Source: Basidiobolus meristosporus CBS 931.73
Taxonomy: Eukaryota > Fungi > Basidiobolomycota
Direction of reading: 5' to 3'
Length of the DNA: 48,803 bases
Assembly (NCBI GenBank): GCA_002104905.1
Contig: MCFE01000662.1
Coordinates: 1 to 48,803, forward strand
This document shows, piece by piece, positions 13,101 to 23,870 of this stretch. Positions within the stretch are counted from its first letter, which is position 1. Each line of letters begins with the position of its first letter. A program made the translations under genes and the position numbers. The notes beneath the pieces were generated by a model, which saw only the letters and a program-made list of their open reading frames with translations, had not been told where the DNA came from and searched no databases.

Positions 13101-15106
13101 GGGCTATCTCCTGTGTCAATGGCATGATACACTTCTCTGACTGGTAGTAGGCTTACAAGCTCATCTGGAAACACATCTAAATATTTCTTCAAGAGAGTCT
13201 GGACCTGCTGGGGTGCTGGTGTAGAGGAATCCTCCTGTAATACTGCCATGAGGAACATCTTGGTACCTTTTCTAATTGCTCTACAGAGCTGGGTCTTGCT
13301 AAGTTCACTTGTCTCACACATACTGGAATTGACCAAGTTGAAATCCAGCCTGGCAGGTAATAGCTCATAGGTCTTGTTGTCTTTTTGGATCTGAGTAGCA
13401 TGGGTTCTCCAGTTGATTGATGGATTACAACAAAATAGCCAGGTTTTTCTAAGTACAAGGTCAAACTTGCAGTTCCCAAATATATAAGCCTGTAGGTCTT
13501 CTTCATAGTCATTGATCTTCATTCTTACTGGCTGGGTAATATGGTTGATTATGTGAGAGTTCCCATCAGCTGTGGAGACTGAAGTTGATTTGGTAGGTTC
13601 CAAGTTGATTCCAGCTTTCAAGGCAAATTGCTCCAACATGTACTCATGCAATGCTCCTGAATCAATCATGATCTTGGCAGGTACTCCATTGATTACTCCA
13701 TTCAAGTACAATAATTTCCCTGAGTTTGAGGTCATTTGAGTCTAGTACTCTTTGGTCATATGGAAGGTGAGTTCCAAGTCTTCTTCAAGCTCATCTTCCA
13801 CATTACTGTGTTCATGGGACTCAATATGGTTAAAGGTTCTTGTTGGCTGGTGTCCATTTCTTCTCTGAGGGCAGTACCTTGCAATATATCCTTGCTGGCG
13901 GCAATTGAAGCAAAGTCCTTTCTTCTTACATTCTTCTGAGGTAGGATTCTTCTGCATAGCATCTATTTCCATTGGTACTGCTTCTGATTGTCTTCTTTCA
14001 TAATGATTGTAGCCTTTCTGATTAGTCACTCTAGGCTTCCCAACTCCAAACATAGCTGAGTCATAGTCAATGGCAATCTTAATGGCTTCTTCAATAGTCT
14101 GAGGTCTTTGGTAATTCACTTCCTTGCAAGTACATTCTTTCAACCCATCAATAAAGTATTCAACTTGATCCAAGGGGTCCATTCTTTCAATTTGTCCAAG
14201 TAGACATCTGTACTCATATATGTATTCTTGCACCATTCCTTTCTGTCTGAGTGTCTTTAACTTCCTTCTTAGTAGTGTCTGCTGGTGTGGAGGTTCAAAA
14301 GCATCCTGAATTTCCAACACAAACTCATCCCAGGTAGAGATTGTAGAGCATCCCATCATAGTGGCCAACCTGATCTTCTTGTGGTACCACTGTAAAGCTG
14401 CATCTGCCAGGTAAGAAGCCTCATAATGCAACTTGCTTTCTGGAGCAATTCCTTTAGCTTTAAAAGCTTGTTCAATCTGAAAGAGCCAAGTTCCCAGGTT
14501 TTCATTGACTCTGCCATGGTACCAGTTGACCTTCACACTAAAGTTGCTCTTAACAGGGCTTTGCTGGTTCTGAGCCATGGTAGTCATTCCTTGTTGCTGT
14601 TGGCTGAGGATCTGGAGTAACTGTTGCTGTTGGGCCAGGATTTACTGCATAGCATTCTGCCATTCTTGATTGTCCAACATCTTGAGGGTGGTTTCTTCTT
14701 TCTTCAGGAGGGAGGTTTCTGGTTATTGCTGCTACCAATGTTACAAGTCTTGGTATAAGAGTTGTAGAGGAATAGGGAGTTTAGCTAGTATTGTATTCAC
14801 TAAAACTTGAACTGATTTTTATTGAGGTTCCAGCAGCTCCTTATATACATTTTGCCAGATCAATTGCTGACTAATTGTATTTCCTAATATAGGTTGTGGC
14901 TGATGACTCATCTGTTTGCATCATCATCACCCAATAAGATCCTACTTAATATATCTATTTCTGTCTGATAAGGATCTGCTGATTCATTTGCTGACTAATG
15001 CTACTGATTCAATAGATAAAACTGATATACTGATAACCTAAACATACACTAATTGATTTGACTAAAAACTGATCTAACTTAAACATTCAAGTGGCAGATC
15101 ATATCA
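10170..15106 (-). mobile_element. Ty3/gypsy family A, full-length decayed copy A2 (4937 bp), 4-bp TSD CAGG
   Basis: 368-bp LTRs at 10170-10537 and 14739-15106; PPT 10538-10547; PBS (TGGTAGCAGCA) next to 14738; CAGG at 10166-10169 and 15107-15110. Confidence 0.96.
10548..14680 (-). pseudogene. gag-pol: Family A gag-pol disrupted by stops and frameshifts
   Basis: ORF pieces 13742-14587, 12920-13735, 12534-12869, 11898-12491, 11151-11762 and 10548-11108 are collinear with the intact 43636-47769 ORF. Confidence 0.95.
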
Positions 15107-15429
15107 CAGGGATATTGTTGAAAAGCAAATGCATTGCTCCCAGTGGAAATCTTTTGCTTCAACATATACTGTCTATTCTAAGCATCTCCAGTTCCCAACT
15201 GATTATATATTCCAGCCAATGGCTTGTACTTTGCCAACCTTGCTGCAATTGCATGCTGACTTGGGTATGTTCTCTCTTTAGGAAGATGATGTTCTTAGTA
15301 CTGGAGTTTGGGTAATAGTAAAGTATGTGAGCTATGGAGTAAATCCCCTGGATCTCACACATCTGACAGCAATACTGTTTATAGCACCAAGAAGTGCCAG
15401 CTGTCTTGCATATAGTATCTTCAGAGTAG

Positions 15430-16500
15430 CAGAATATATCAAAGGCAGAAGAACAAGGGTGCCATGGCTAAAAACCAGTGGCCTCCTCAAGAGCCCACTA
15501 CAGGCAGTGCCAAAAGCTCCAGACAAGCATCAAAGAGATGCCAGGTAGCTGGAAGAGTGCCAATTAGTGACAAGTAGGCAGACATGGATGCACCAACACA
15601 ACATTTACAAAGGAAAAAGCATAGTACCATTCAAGAAGCATTCAGTCAAAGTAGCAGTGAAGGACCTGGCTGTAATAACAACTAGCGGCTTTTACAAGAG
15701 CCTCTCACAACTATGGTTCAGAGCTCAAAACAAGCAGAAAAGAATTGTCAGGTTGTCCAAAGAGTGCCAGCAAGGGACAAGCAGGCCAAACAGATGCATC
15801 AGAGCAGAATTTATCAAGGAGAAAATGTAGTTCATTACAAGAAGCACTCAGGCAAAGTAGCAGTGAAAGAACTAACAGTGATAAGGTAAAAGGTTCAGGG
15901 AAAATTGTCTACCCAAGCCTGAGACAGGAAGGCATGCAACAATAATTGCAGTTCTCTCCAGTTGACTTTGCAAGCCCGGAGCAGCCTGGATCCCCTCATA
16001 GCAAGAAGAATTACCAACAAGAAAACAGCTGTTTTTACGCAAGTTGGAAGCACAGCCAGTTAAGCTACACTCCAGCAAGGTAGATGAGTTTGCAGAAAAG
16101 ACAATTTGTCTACCACAGCATCCACAGCCTCCATTTCCTCCATAGTTGACAGAGTAGAGATCCCACTCACAGACAAGGCTACAGTGTCAAGTACTCAAAA
16201 GACTATAACAGTGCCTTCAGTGGAGCTTTGGAGCGTTAATAGGCACACCAAGAGGTTCAACACTTCTTCAAGAGCAGTGCCAAAGAAAATGCACTTGAAT
16301 ATTGCAGCAATTTATTGCAAAGTTTGGCAGATGAAGTGCTAGAACTTACAGTGCCAGCTGAAGACCAGGACATGTGGGAACCAGTGTATGTACGGTAGCA
16401 TAAAGCCATTGGGTTCTTACCAAAGTTGTGGAACCAGAGTGTTACAGCAGAAATACTTATTGAGTACTGGATTTTAATGGAGTTATTGGTTGAGTGTGGG
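15430..16500 (+). pseudogene. CACTA-like second ORF, copy 2, containing an imperfect ~206-bp tandem duplication
   Basis: Homologous to 2930-3870; AAGAAGCA.TCAG.CAAAGTAGCAGTGAA at 15633 and 15839; AGAGTGCC at 15554 and 15761. Confidence 0.55.
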
Positions 16501-16922
16501 GTTGGGCTTAATGTATGTGTAGGGTATAGGACTTGTATTGGTCCACACAATTGGCAATTGAGGTATAACAGAAGCTTCAATGGAAATCTATCAATTAGTA
16601 TGCATGAAAAGTAAGAGAAATGGTTGAGTCCAGAAGTCAGGAGTGTGAAATAGAGGAAACAGGCAATAAATACACAGAAACATAGGTGGTGATAGTGTGT
16701 CTGGGATGAAAAGTGAGCAAATTGGCAGGAAGCCAATCAAAAGCCACTTATACATTGCTGTGATGAAAAATCTAGGCTAAGTTTTTTGTGAAATCTGTGG
16801 TGGAATTATTTTTCAACAGTATCCAGACAGTGTCTTGACAGGATCAGTATCTCTTAGTCACGGGACTTTGAATTTGTGATGGCCTTTTGATGGGATTATT
16901 ACAAAAGTTTTTCATAGGGAAA

Positions 16923-17102
16923 GGGTGGGGCTGTTTGGATTACTTTGAGAATTTTTATGCTCTGGGTACCTGATAATGTGATGAAAATATTCCAAGTATA
17001 TTTCATCAAGTATTTGGTCAGATATTTTCTAGGATTTGTAGGTAATAATCTAATTGGTTAGGCTAGGTGAATATTCAGCTTGAACTAAAAACTGCTATAG
17101 CA
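16923..17102 (-). repeat. Copia 5' LTR, proximal part
   Basis: Reverse-complement homolog of 181-~360; TG terminus at 17102 by ungapped alignment to the 181 terminus. Confidence 0.75.
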
Positions 17103-17109
17103 CCACCAA

Positions 17110-17500
17110 ATATTGACTGGATTACACTGAGAACCTTATCTGGGTAGTTATGCTCAACTCCATCAAACCACTGATGGCTACTGCTTTCAAATATCATTTG
17201 TTACTAGTCAATTGGATACAAAATCTGTATTGTTGAATTGAAAAGTTAGTGATGATGTGTACATGGACCTGCCTGATTGGTTTGCAGACCAAGATAACCA
17301 TCATATGGTTTGCAAGCTTAAGAAATCTCTACACTGTCTTAAACAGTCACAATGAGCATTAAATTCCAAGAGAGATCAGTACTTATAATCTTTGAGTTTC
17401 CAACAGAGCACTGCTGACCAAAGTATCTATTATAAGTGGGATAGCGCAAACTAAGCTCAATCAGCTCTATAGGTGGATGATTTTACTCTAACCACCAATG
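17110..17500 (+). pseudogene. Copia reverse transcriptase fragment (separate element)
   Basis: VYMDLPDWFADQDNHHMVCKLKKSLHCLKQS...FQQSTADQSIYY and a degenerate YVDD-like stretch. Confidence 0.8.
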
Positions 17501-17879
17501 ACCAACAAGCATTGGAGGTGACTAAATTCAGCATATCTAATGAGCTCAAGATGTCCAATATAGAGGAGCGCAGTTACTACTTAAGGGCAAATCCACCAGA
17601 AACTCAAAACCAAGCAAAATATGCAAGTTCTGTTGTATGAACATTAAGTTGCTATCAAAAATGCAAACAGATTGTGAACCAGCAATGGCATGACAAGAAA
17701 ATATCACAAGAATTGTATAGTCTCTTAAAGGCAAAAGGACAATGCTGACATAGCTAACTATCTGGGGCTTCCTCATGAGCCCATCAAAGGCAGGGCTGAA
17801 TGCATAAGCAGTAAGAAATATCAGGTAGCTTGACAAGATCTGATAAGAGACAAGCTAGCAGACACAGTGGCATATGTTG

Positions 17880-18150
17880 GAGTATTCTGAGCAGTATTGG
17901 AAGTGATGTGGAGAACTAGAGGATTTACGTGTTAATCACTTAGAGATTGATTGATCCAAATATGATATTGATACTTTTGATAAAGTTTAGCAAACAAGCA
18001 TGTAGAGTCTGTTAACAAAGGTCCCACAAATATGTGTGCAAAGTCTGGGGGCCTTTGGACACCTTTGAGAAGGATCACAATATGGGTACCTGATAATTTG
18101 GTCAAAATATTCTGGGTAACTCCCAACAAAAAATTTGGTCAGGACAGAAT
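17880..18150 (-). repeat. Diverged copia LTR remnant
   Basis: ATGTGTGCAAAGTCTGGGGGCCTTTGG...GGGTACCTG...TCCCAACAA resembles the reverse complement of 260-520. Confidence 0.6.
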
Positions 18151-18293
18151 GCTAATCAATGAATGAGATCTATGTGACTAAGTCAACATTAATATTTAGG
18201 TAACAACTTATAATAAATCACTACCACTCAGCAAAATAATCATCAGTAATAAATACATGTAGAGAGTGTGCAGTCTGTAATAAGCATATAAAA

Positions 18294-21200
18294 TTGAGAA
18301 TGCGTGTCAAAATCCAGATCCCTGACTCCAGTCCTGTCCCAGCCCTAGCCCTGATTGATTCTGGTGCTTCATCCTGTTTCATTGACCAAGCCTTTGTCCA
18401 GAAGCACTCTATTCCTGTTACCTTGAAATCCTGTCCAGTCCAAGTAGAAGTTATTGATGGAAGATCACTCTCCTCTGGTGCCGTTACCCATGAAACATGC
18501 TTACTCCAGCTGTCCAGTACTGCCCACCAAGAAAGAATTGCCTTCAACATCATCAACTCACCACACTATCCTATTGTGCTTGGAAGCTCATGGTTGAGCT
18601 ACCACAATCCAAGTATTGATTGGAAATCCAAGATCCTGTCATTCACCAGATCCCACCAAGTCAACTCCATGAAATCTCCAGACCCTGATAACCGCAAAAA
18701 GACGGTTGCCAACAGTTCAACAGCCCAAGATACCTTGCCAGCTGAAGGAGCCCCCTCAGCAATTATACCAGCCAAGTACCAAGAGTTTGCCCATGTCTTT
18801 GACAAGAAGAAACCGGAACTCCTCCCTGACCATTGGCCTTATGACTGCCCTATTGACCTTGAAGATGGAAAAGTCCCTCCATTTGGCCCAATATATAACC
18901 TCTCCCAGCCAGAGTTGAAAGAACTCCATGGTTATATGCAAGAAAACCTCCAGAAGGGTTTTATTCAGCACTCCAAATCACCTGCTGGAGCCCCAATCCT
19001 CTTTGTCAAGAAGAAGGATGGCACCCTCAGAATGTGTGGGAACTACCGTGCTTTGAATAAGATTGCAGTCAAGAACCGCTACCCCCTGCCCCTGATCAAC
19101 ACACTGTTGAATCAGCTATCTGCTGCCCAAGTCTTCACCAAGATAGACTTGAGAGGAGCTTACAATCCTGTCAGAATCAAGCCTGGTGATGAATGGAAAA
19201 CTGCCTTTTGCACAAGATATGGTCACTTTGAGTACAAAGTAATGCCATTTGGCCTCACCAATGCCCCTGCTGTGTTTCAACACCTCATGAATGATATATT
19301 CCGTGAATACCTTGACCAGTTTGTAGTAATCTACCTTGATGATATTCTCATATGCTCCAAGAGCCAAGATGAACCTGATGAACATGTCAAGAAAGTATTG
19401 AGAAAACTAGACTCTGCTGGTCTCTATGCCAAGTTAGAGAAGTGTGAATTTGACCAGAGAGAAGTGGAATTTCTTGGTTACCTCATCAGCCCTGAGGGAA
19501 CAAGAATGAACCCAAAGAAAGTTGACTCAGTCCAGTCCTGGAAAACTCCAAGCTCAGTCAAGGAAGTACAATCCTTCCTGGGATTTGCCAACTTCTATTG
19601 CAGGTTCATAGCCAACTACTCCAAGATAGTCACCCCTCTGACAAAGCTTACCCAGAAGAACACACCTTTTGCCTGGAATGAGGAGCAATCCACCTCATTC
19701 AACCAACTTAAGAAATCTTTCCTGAAGGCCCCCCTGCTTGCCCACCCTCACCTTGAGAAGCAATTCATAGTGGAGACTGATGCTTCTGATTTTGCCCTTG
19801 GTGCCATACTCTCCCAGTATGATGAGGAGAATGTGTTGCACCCCATTGCATTGTACTCTTGGAAGTTTTCCCCTGCAGAGATCAACTATGATATCTATAA
19901 TAAGGAGTTGCTTGCCATCATTGTAGCCTTTGAGCAATGGAGACAGTACCTGGATGGTGCAAAATACAAAATCAAAGTCTTCTGTGACCATAAGAACCTT
20001 GAGTACTTTGCAACTTCCAAAGTACTAAACCGGAGACAAGCCAGATGGTCACTCTTCCTGTCCAGCTTTGACTTTACTATCCCCTATAGACCTAGTGCAA
20101 AGCAAGGAAAGCCTGATGCCCTGTCCAGAAAAAAGGAATATGCCCTGGAAGAGGGAGATGATGCCTGTTGGCAAATGGAACACCCATTGCTGAGCAAGAA
20201 ACATTTTGAGATTCTTGCCACCCAGTCCTCAAGTCTTGTCATCCCTTCATTCCTAGTAAGGATATCAGAATCCCAAGCCTCTGATAGGACTTCCAGCACT
20301 GTCAAGAAATATCTGGAATCCCCAGTTGGGCCCCCTCCCAAGTTCCCAAACATCCAGAACCTGCATTTGGTAAACAACCTCATCTACCACAAGCAGCAGC
20401 TTTATGTCCCAGACCTTGCCACCCAGCTAGACATCATTAAGTCTTGGCATGATTCAATGGCTGCAGGCCACTTTGGTACTGCCAAAACCTTGAATGCTAT
20501 CAAAAGAGATTTCTGGTGGCCTAGAATGATAACTCTTATCAAAGAGTACATTCTGACTTGTGATATTTGCAACCGTGCAAAACCAGCCAGATACCAGCCC
20601 TATGGACTTCTTCAGCCCCTGCCTATCCCAGAACACCAATGGAGATCTATAACAATGGACTTCATTACTGACCTCACTGAGGCATGTGGCTTCAACACTA
20701 TACTTGTAGTGGCTGACTGGCTGACCAAGATGGCTCACTTTATCCCTTGCTGCAAGAACACTGATGCAAAAGAAACTGCTGCATTAGTCTTGAAGAATAT
20801 TTTCTGCCTTCATGGTATCCCCAGTGATATTGTGTCAGATAGAGGCCCACAGTTTGTGTCCAAGTTTTGGAAACACTTCATGCAATACCTTGGTGTTCAA
20901 GTCAAGCTCTCTACTGCCTTCCATCCACAGTCTGATGGCCAGACTGAAAGAATCAACCAGATTCTAGAGCAATTCCTCTGGTGCCATATCAATTATCAGC
21001 AAGACAATTGGGTTGATCTACTCCCTGTTGCTGAGTTTGCCTACAACAACTCAAGCCATAGTGCAACCGGTTTTACACCATTCTATGCAAACTATGGATT
21101 CCACCCTCAGTTTGATATCCAGATTCCAACAAACCCAATGAGCCCACATGCAGCTGAACATGCCCAAGCAATCCAGGACACCCAGAATACCCTCAAGGAA

Positions 21201-21737
21201 GAACTATCCTTAGCTCAGGAAAGCTACAAGAAATTTGCCAATCTAAAATGGCATCCCAGCCCTGATCTTAGTGAAGGAGATTCTGTATGGCTGCTCAGAA
21301 GAAACATCAGCACAAACCACCCTTGTGACAAATTGGATTTCAAGAAACTTGGTCCTTTCAAGATCAAGAAGAAGCTTAGCCCTATAGTATATCAGCTACA
21401 GTTACCAGCAAGTATGAAAATCCATGACACTTTCCATGTGTCCCTCCTGGAGCCGTATTATAGGAACACCTTGCCAAACCGGCAAGAAGCAAAGCCCCAA
21501 GCCATCCAGGTTGACCAACATCAAGAATTTGAAGTTAAACAGATTCTAGACTCCAAGTATATCCGGTCAAAGCTGTACTACTTAGTAGACTGGATTGGTT
21601 ATGGTCCAAGTGACCAAACATGGGAACCAGCTACCCATCTCACTAATTGTCAAGAACTAGTTACCCAGTTCCACCAGCAATATCCTGCAAAACCTGCCCC
21701 AAAGGGAAACAGAGCTTTGCCTGGAAGAGGAGAATAG
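18294..21737 (+). CDS. pol: Chromovirus-type Ty3/gypsy Pol (protease-RT-RNase H-integrase-chromodomain), family B; gag and 5' LTR absent
   Basis: ALIDSGAS; IYLDDILI; ETDASDFALGAIL; HDSMAAGHFG...CDIC; ITMDFI...SDRG...DGQTER; LGPFKI; chromodomain EFEVKQILDSK...YLVDWIGYGPSDQTWEP. Open for 1147 codons but with several R>W changes at conserved sites. Confidence 0.95.
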   Translation: MRMRVKIQIPDSSPVPALALIDSGASSCFIDQAFVQKHSIPVTLKSCPVQVEVIDGRSLSSGAVTHETCLLQLSSTAHQERIAFNIINSPHYPIVLGSSWLSYHNPSIDWKSKILSFTRSHQVNSMKSPDPDNRKKTVANSSTAQDTLPAEGAPSAIIPAKYQEFAHVFDKKKPELLPDHWPYDCPIDLEDGKVPPFGPIYNLSQPELKELHGYMQENLQKGFIQHSKSPAGAPILFVKKKDGTLRMCGNYRALNKIAVKNRYPLPLINTLLNQLSAAQVFTKIDLRGAYNPVRIKPGDEWKTAFCTRYGHFEYKVMPFGLTNAPAVFQHLMNDIFREYLDQFVVIYLDDILICSKSQDEPDEHVKKVLRKLDSAGLYAKLEKCEFDQREVEFLGYLISPEGTRMNPKKVDSVQSWKTPSSVKEVQSFLGFANFYCRFIANYSKIVTPLTKLTQKNTPFAWNEEQSTSFNQLKKSFLKAPLLAHPHLEKQFIVETDASDFALGAILSQYDEENVLHPIALYSWKFSPAEINYDIYNKELLAIIVAFEQWRQYLDGAKYKIKVFCDHKNLEYFATSKVLNRRQARWSLFLSSFDFTIPYRPSAKQGKPDALSRKKEYALEEGDDACWQMEHPLLSKKHFEILATQSSSLVIPSFLVRISESQASDRTSSTVKKYLESPVGPPPKFPNIQNLHLVNNLIYHKQQLYVPDLATQLDIIKSWHDSMAAGHFGTAKTLNAIKRDFWWPRMITLIKEYILTCDICNRAKPARYQPYGLLQPLPIPEHQWRSITMDFITDLTEACGFNTILVVADWLTKMAHFIPCCKNTDAKETAALVLKNIFCLHGIPSDIVSDRGPQFVSKFWKHFMQYLGVQVKLSTAFHPQSDGQTERINQILEQFLWCHINYQQDNWVDLLPVAEFAYNNSSHSATGFTPFYANYGFHPQFDIQIPTNPMSPHAAEHAQAIQDTQNTLKEELSLAQESYKKFANLKWHPSPDLSEGDSVWLLRRNISTNHPCDKLDFKKLGPFKIKKKLSPIVYQLQLPASMKIHDTFHVSLLEPYYRNTLPNRQEAKPQAIQVDQHQEFEVKQILDSKYIRSKLYYLVDWIGYGPSDQTWEPATHLTNCQELVTQFHQQYPAKPAPKGNRALPGRGE
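21723..21737 (+). promoter_or_regulatory. Polypurine tract of family B
   Basis: GGAAGAGGAGAATAG immediately before the LTR TG. Confidence 0.8.
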
Positions 21738-22265
21738 TGTCATGATCACATGACAACCATGAACACCCATGCCAAGTTTCAGCTTCCTAGCTCAAATTCT
21801 AAGAGATTCCTTCTGGAACCTTCTACCACCTTCCAGAAAGTTCCTGACCATTCCAAACCATTGTTACACAATGGAACATTCCATGGAAGCTTTCCATTGT
21901 ATTTTCATAGTCCAGTACCATATATGGAAATACCAGGTCACATGACTTAGTCACATCATCAGGTGGCACAATCCATTTCCCCATCCTGTCTCAGTGCCGT
22001 GTCATCTATGTCATTATCCCCAGCACCATTGCTGTGCCTCACCCCACAACCCCATTAGTATTAGCCAATATCTCTTGGCATCAGAATAGCCAAAAAGTAT
22101 ATATAGTCCTATCCCACCTTAAGTATTCCTCAGTCTGATAAACACAGGTCTTGAATAAACAGCCTTGCCTTGGAAATCCGCCTTGCCTTGTTGATCCACA
22201 CCTAAGTCCTTTCCTGGTCCTGCCTTGCCTAGCTCTACTCTCCTGCCTTGTGTCTATTCATAACA
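21738..22265 (+). repeat. 3' LTR of family B (528 bp)
   Basis: TGTCATG...CATAACA; boundaries defined by the TSD-flanked solo copy 5540-6044; TATA-like TATATATA at 22098. Confidence 0.93.
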
Positions 22266-22320
22266 CTATGCCACTAAGTTAGTATGAAAACTTAGCTGAC
22301 AATCTAATATTTACAACCAC

Positions 22321-23123
22321 TGTGGTGGTGTAGAGGTACTCCTGGGAGAAGCTACACAACTCAAGGTGTGTGAGGTGTATGATGGGTGCAATAACCTCAG
22401 TGTCTAAACTGCTGGTGTCTTTGTCAATATGTCACTATGGTAAAAGCTCCTGCTTCTCTAGCTTCCTAGGTGCTCCAAGTGTCTCCAAAGGCCTCTGTGT
22501 GTCTTGTGCACTACCCTGAAAAGCTCCTTGATGGCAGGTCTGAGATGTACTGTTGAAGGCAGGTGCAGTGATCAACTGCTAATCAATAAGGTAGAAGTGT
22601 TACTGATAGAAGGGATGATTTATTGATGAGGGATTGCTTTCCCTTAAATATTTTCCTGATTGCCAAGTGATTACTAATGACAAGGTTCTAGAAGATTCTA
22701 GGCATCAGTGGAATTCTTGATGACATCACTATGAGCTAAAAATATGCCAAGAATGTCCTGGAAGGTTCTAAAGGGCACAGCACATCCAACCAATCAGGAA
22801 TCAGTAGTCTGAAACCTGTGCAACATAGAAATACCATATATGGTATTGAAATGGTAGGGATGGTAACACAGACCTAGGTCATGTGTCACAGGTACTAACA
22901 CGGGTACTTGCCTTATATATATACATATAATGATCACAAAGCTGAATAACATCTGGGATAACTAATGCTAATAACTAATCAGGGTAAACATCATATTGGG
23001 ATAATACTGATAATATGGGCAAAAGAAGAATGGGATAATACTGATAAGATAAAATATGGACAAGTATATCATAATGACTATGTGAATAAACTTGTCTGTG
23101 GGAGGTATTTTTACCCTACCACA
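22321..23123 (-). mobile_element. Family C solo LTR C0 (diverged, 803 bp), TSD CCAC/CCGC
   Basis: TGTGGTGG...CTACCACA termini; internal homology to C2/C3 (AGGCAAGTACCC...CCTGATTGGTTGGATGTGCTGTGCC); flanks 22317-22320 and 23124-23127. Confidence 0.8.
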
Positions 23124-23399
23124 CCGCATTAATGCCCATGTATTAAGGAAAAATTCTACTTCAATACAAGAAGGGCCTAGTCAAAGTAAAATAAAGGGCC
23201 CTGCAGTGATAAAGGTACAGATAAAGGGAAAAAAAGCCTATCAAAGCAAGGCACTGCAAAGTGGGAGAAATAAGCTGCAATCCTTATCAACAACTCAGTG
23301 AAGAGTACCTGTGAGGATCCTGCTAAAAGTCCATCATAAAACTTAGCTCTTGCAGCTTAGAGGCATTGATACTGTTAGGACACTGTTCAAAGACTGTTA

Positions 23400-23870
23400 A
23401 AAGAAGTAGTAACCCAGAGGTCTTTTCAATATTTAAGTACAACTTCTTGTGCACTACTCATGGAGAGGTCTGCAACCACTTGGTGTGCCTGTTAATATTC
23501 AAAAGTTTCACTGTAGGCATTGTGATAGACATCTGAGTTTGTCATGCTATTGCTTTGTTTGTCAATAGGATCTTCATTCAGATTGAAATGGAGGATGTGG
23601 ATGTAGTGGTAGCCAAACCACCTTTCACTGCATCCTTGTACACCTCACTGGAGTGTAGCTCAACTGCCTGCTCTTCCAGCTTGTGTGAAATTAGCTGCTG
23701 TGTTTTTAGTACCTCTTCTTATCTATCATGGGATTTAGCCTGTACTGCTCAGGGAGCAATAATTGGTGGGAGCTACAGCCTTTTTCTCACATGTACCACT
23801 CTCTGGCTTAGGTAGACTTTTTCCCCTTTACCTTCAACTTCATCACAACCAACTCCCTCATTGTAACTCT
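23400..23870 (-). pseudogene. Third fragment of the CACTA-like second ORF
   Basis: Nucleotide similarity to 3100-3520 (GTGTGCCT.TTAAT, ATGGAGGATGTGGA, CACT.GAGTGTAGCTCAACT). Confidence 0.6.

Larger units (their letters stand above)
8555..16919 (-). mobile_element. CACTA/CMC-like DNA transposon copy 2, decayed, 3-bp TSD AAA
   Basis: Ends CCCTATGAAAAA (8555) and TTTTTCATAGGG (16908-16919); AAA at 8552-8554 and 16920-16922; the empty site TGTGTGCAAA-GGGTGGGGCTGTTTGG aligns without gaps to the intact copia LTR at ~350-375. Confidence 0.9.
1..17102 (-). mobile_element. Decayed Ty1/copia retrotransposon fragmented by nested insertions; continues beyond the left edge of the window
   Basis: After removing insertions the minus strand reads in copia order: 5' LTR (17102-16923 + 8554-~8389), gag (8340-8093, 7443-6957), CCHC knuckle, protease (2491-2290), integrase (1968-538), RT start (180-1). 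Confidence 0.85.

Noticed and set aside
18221-20738. Many 60-110-aa antisense or overlapping ORFs within pol genes (also 44377-47024)
   Set aside because: Shadow frames of retrotransposon coding sequence.
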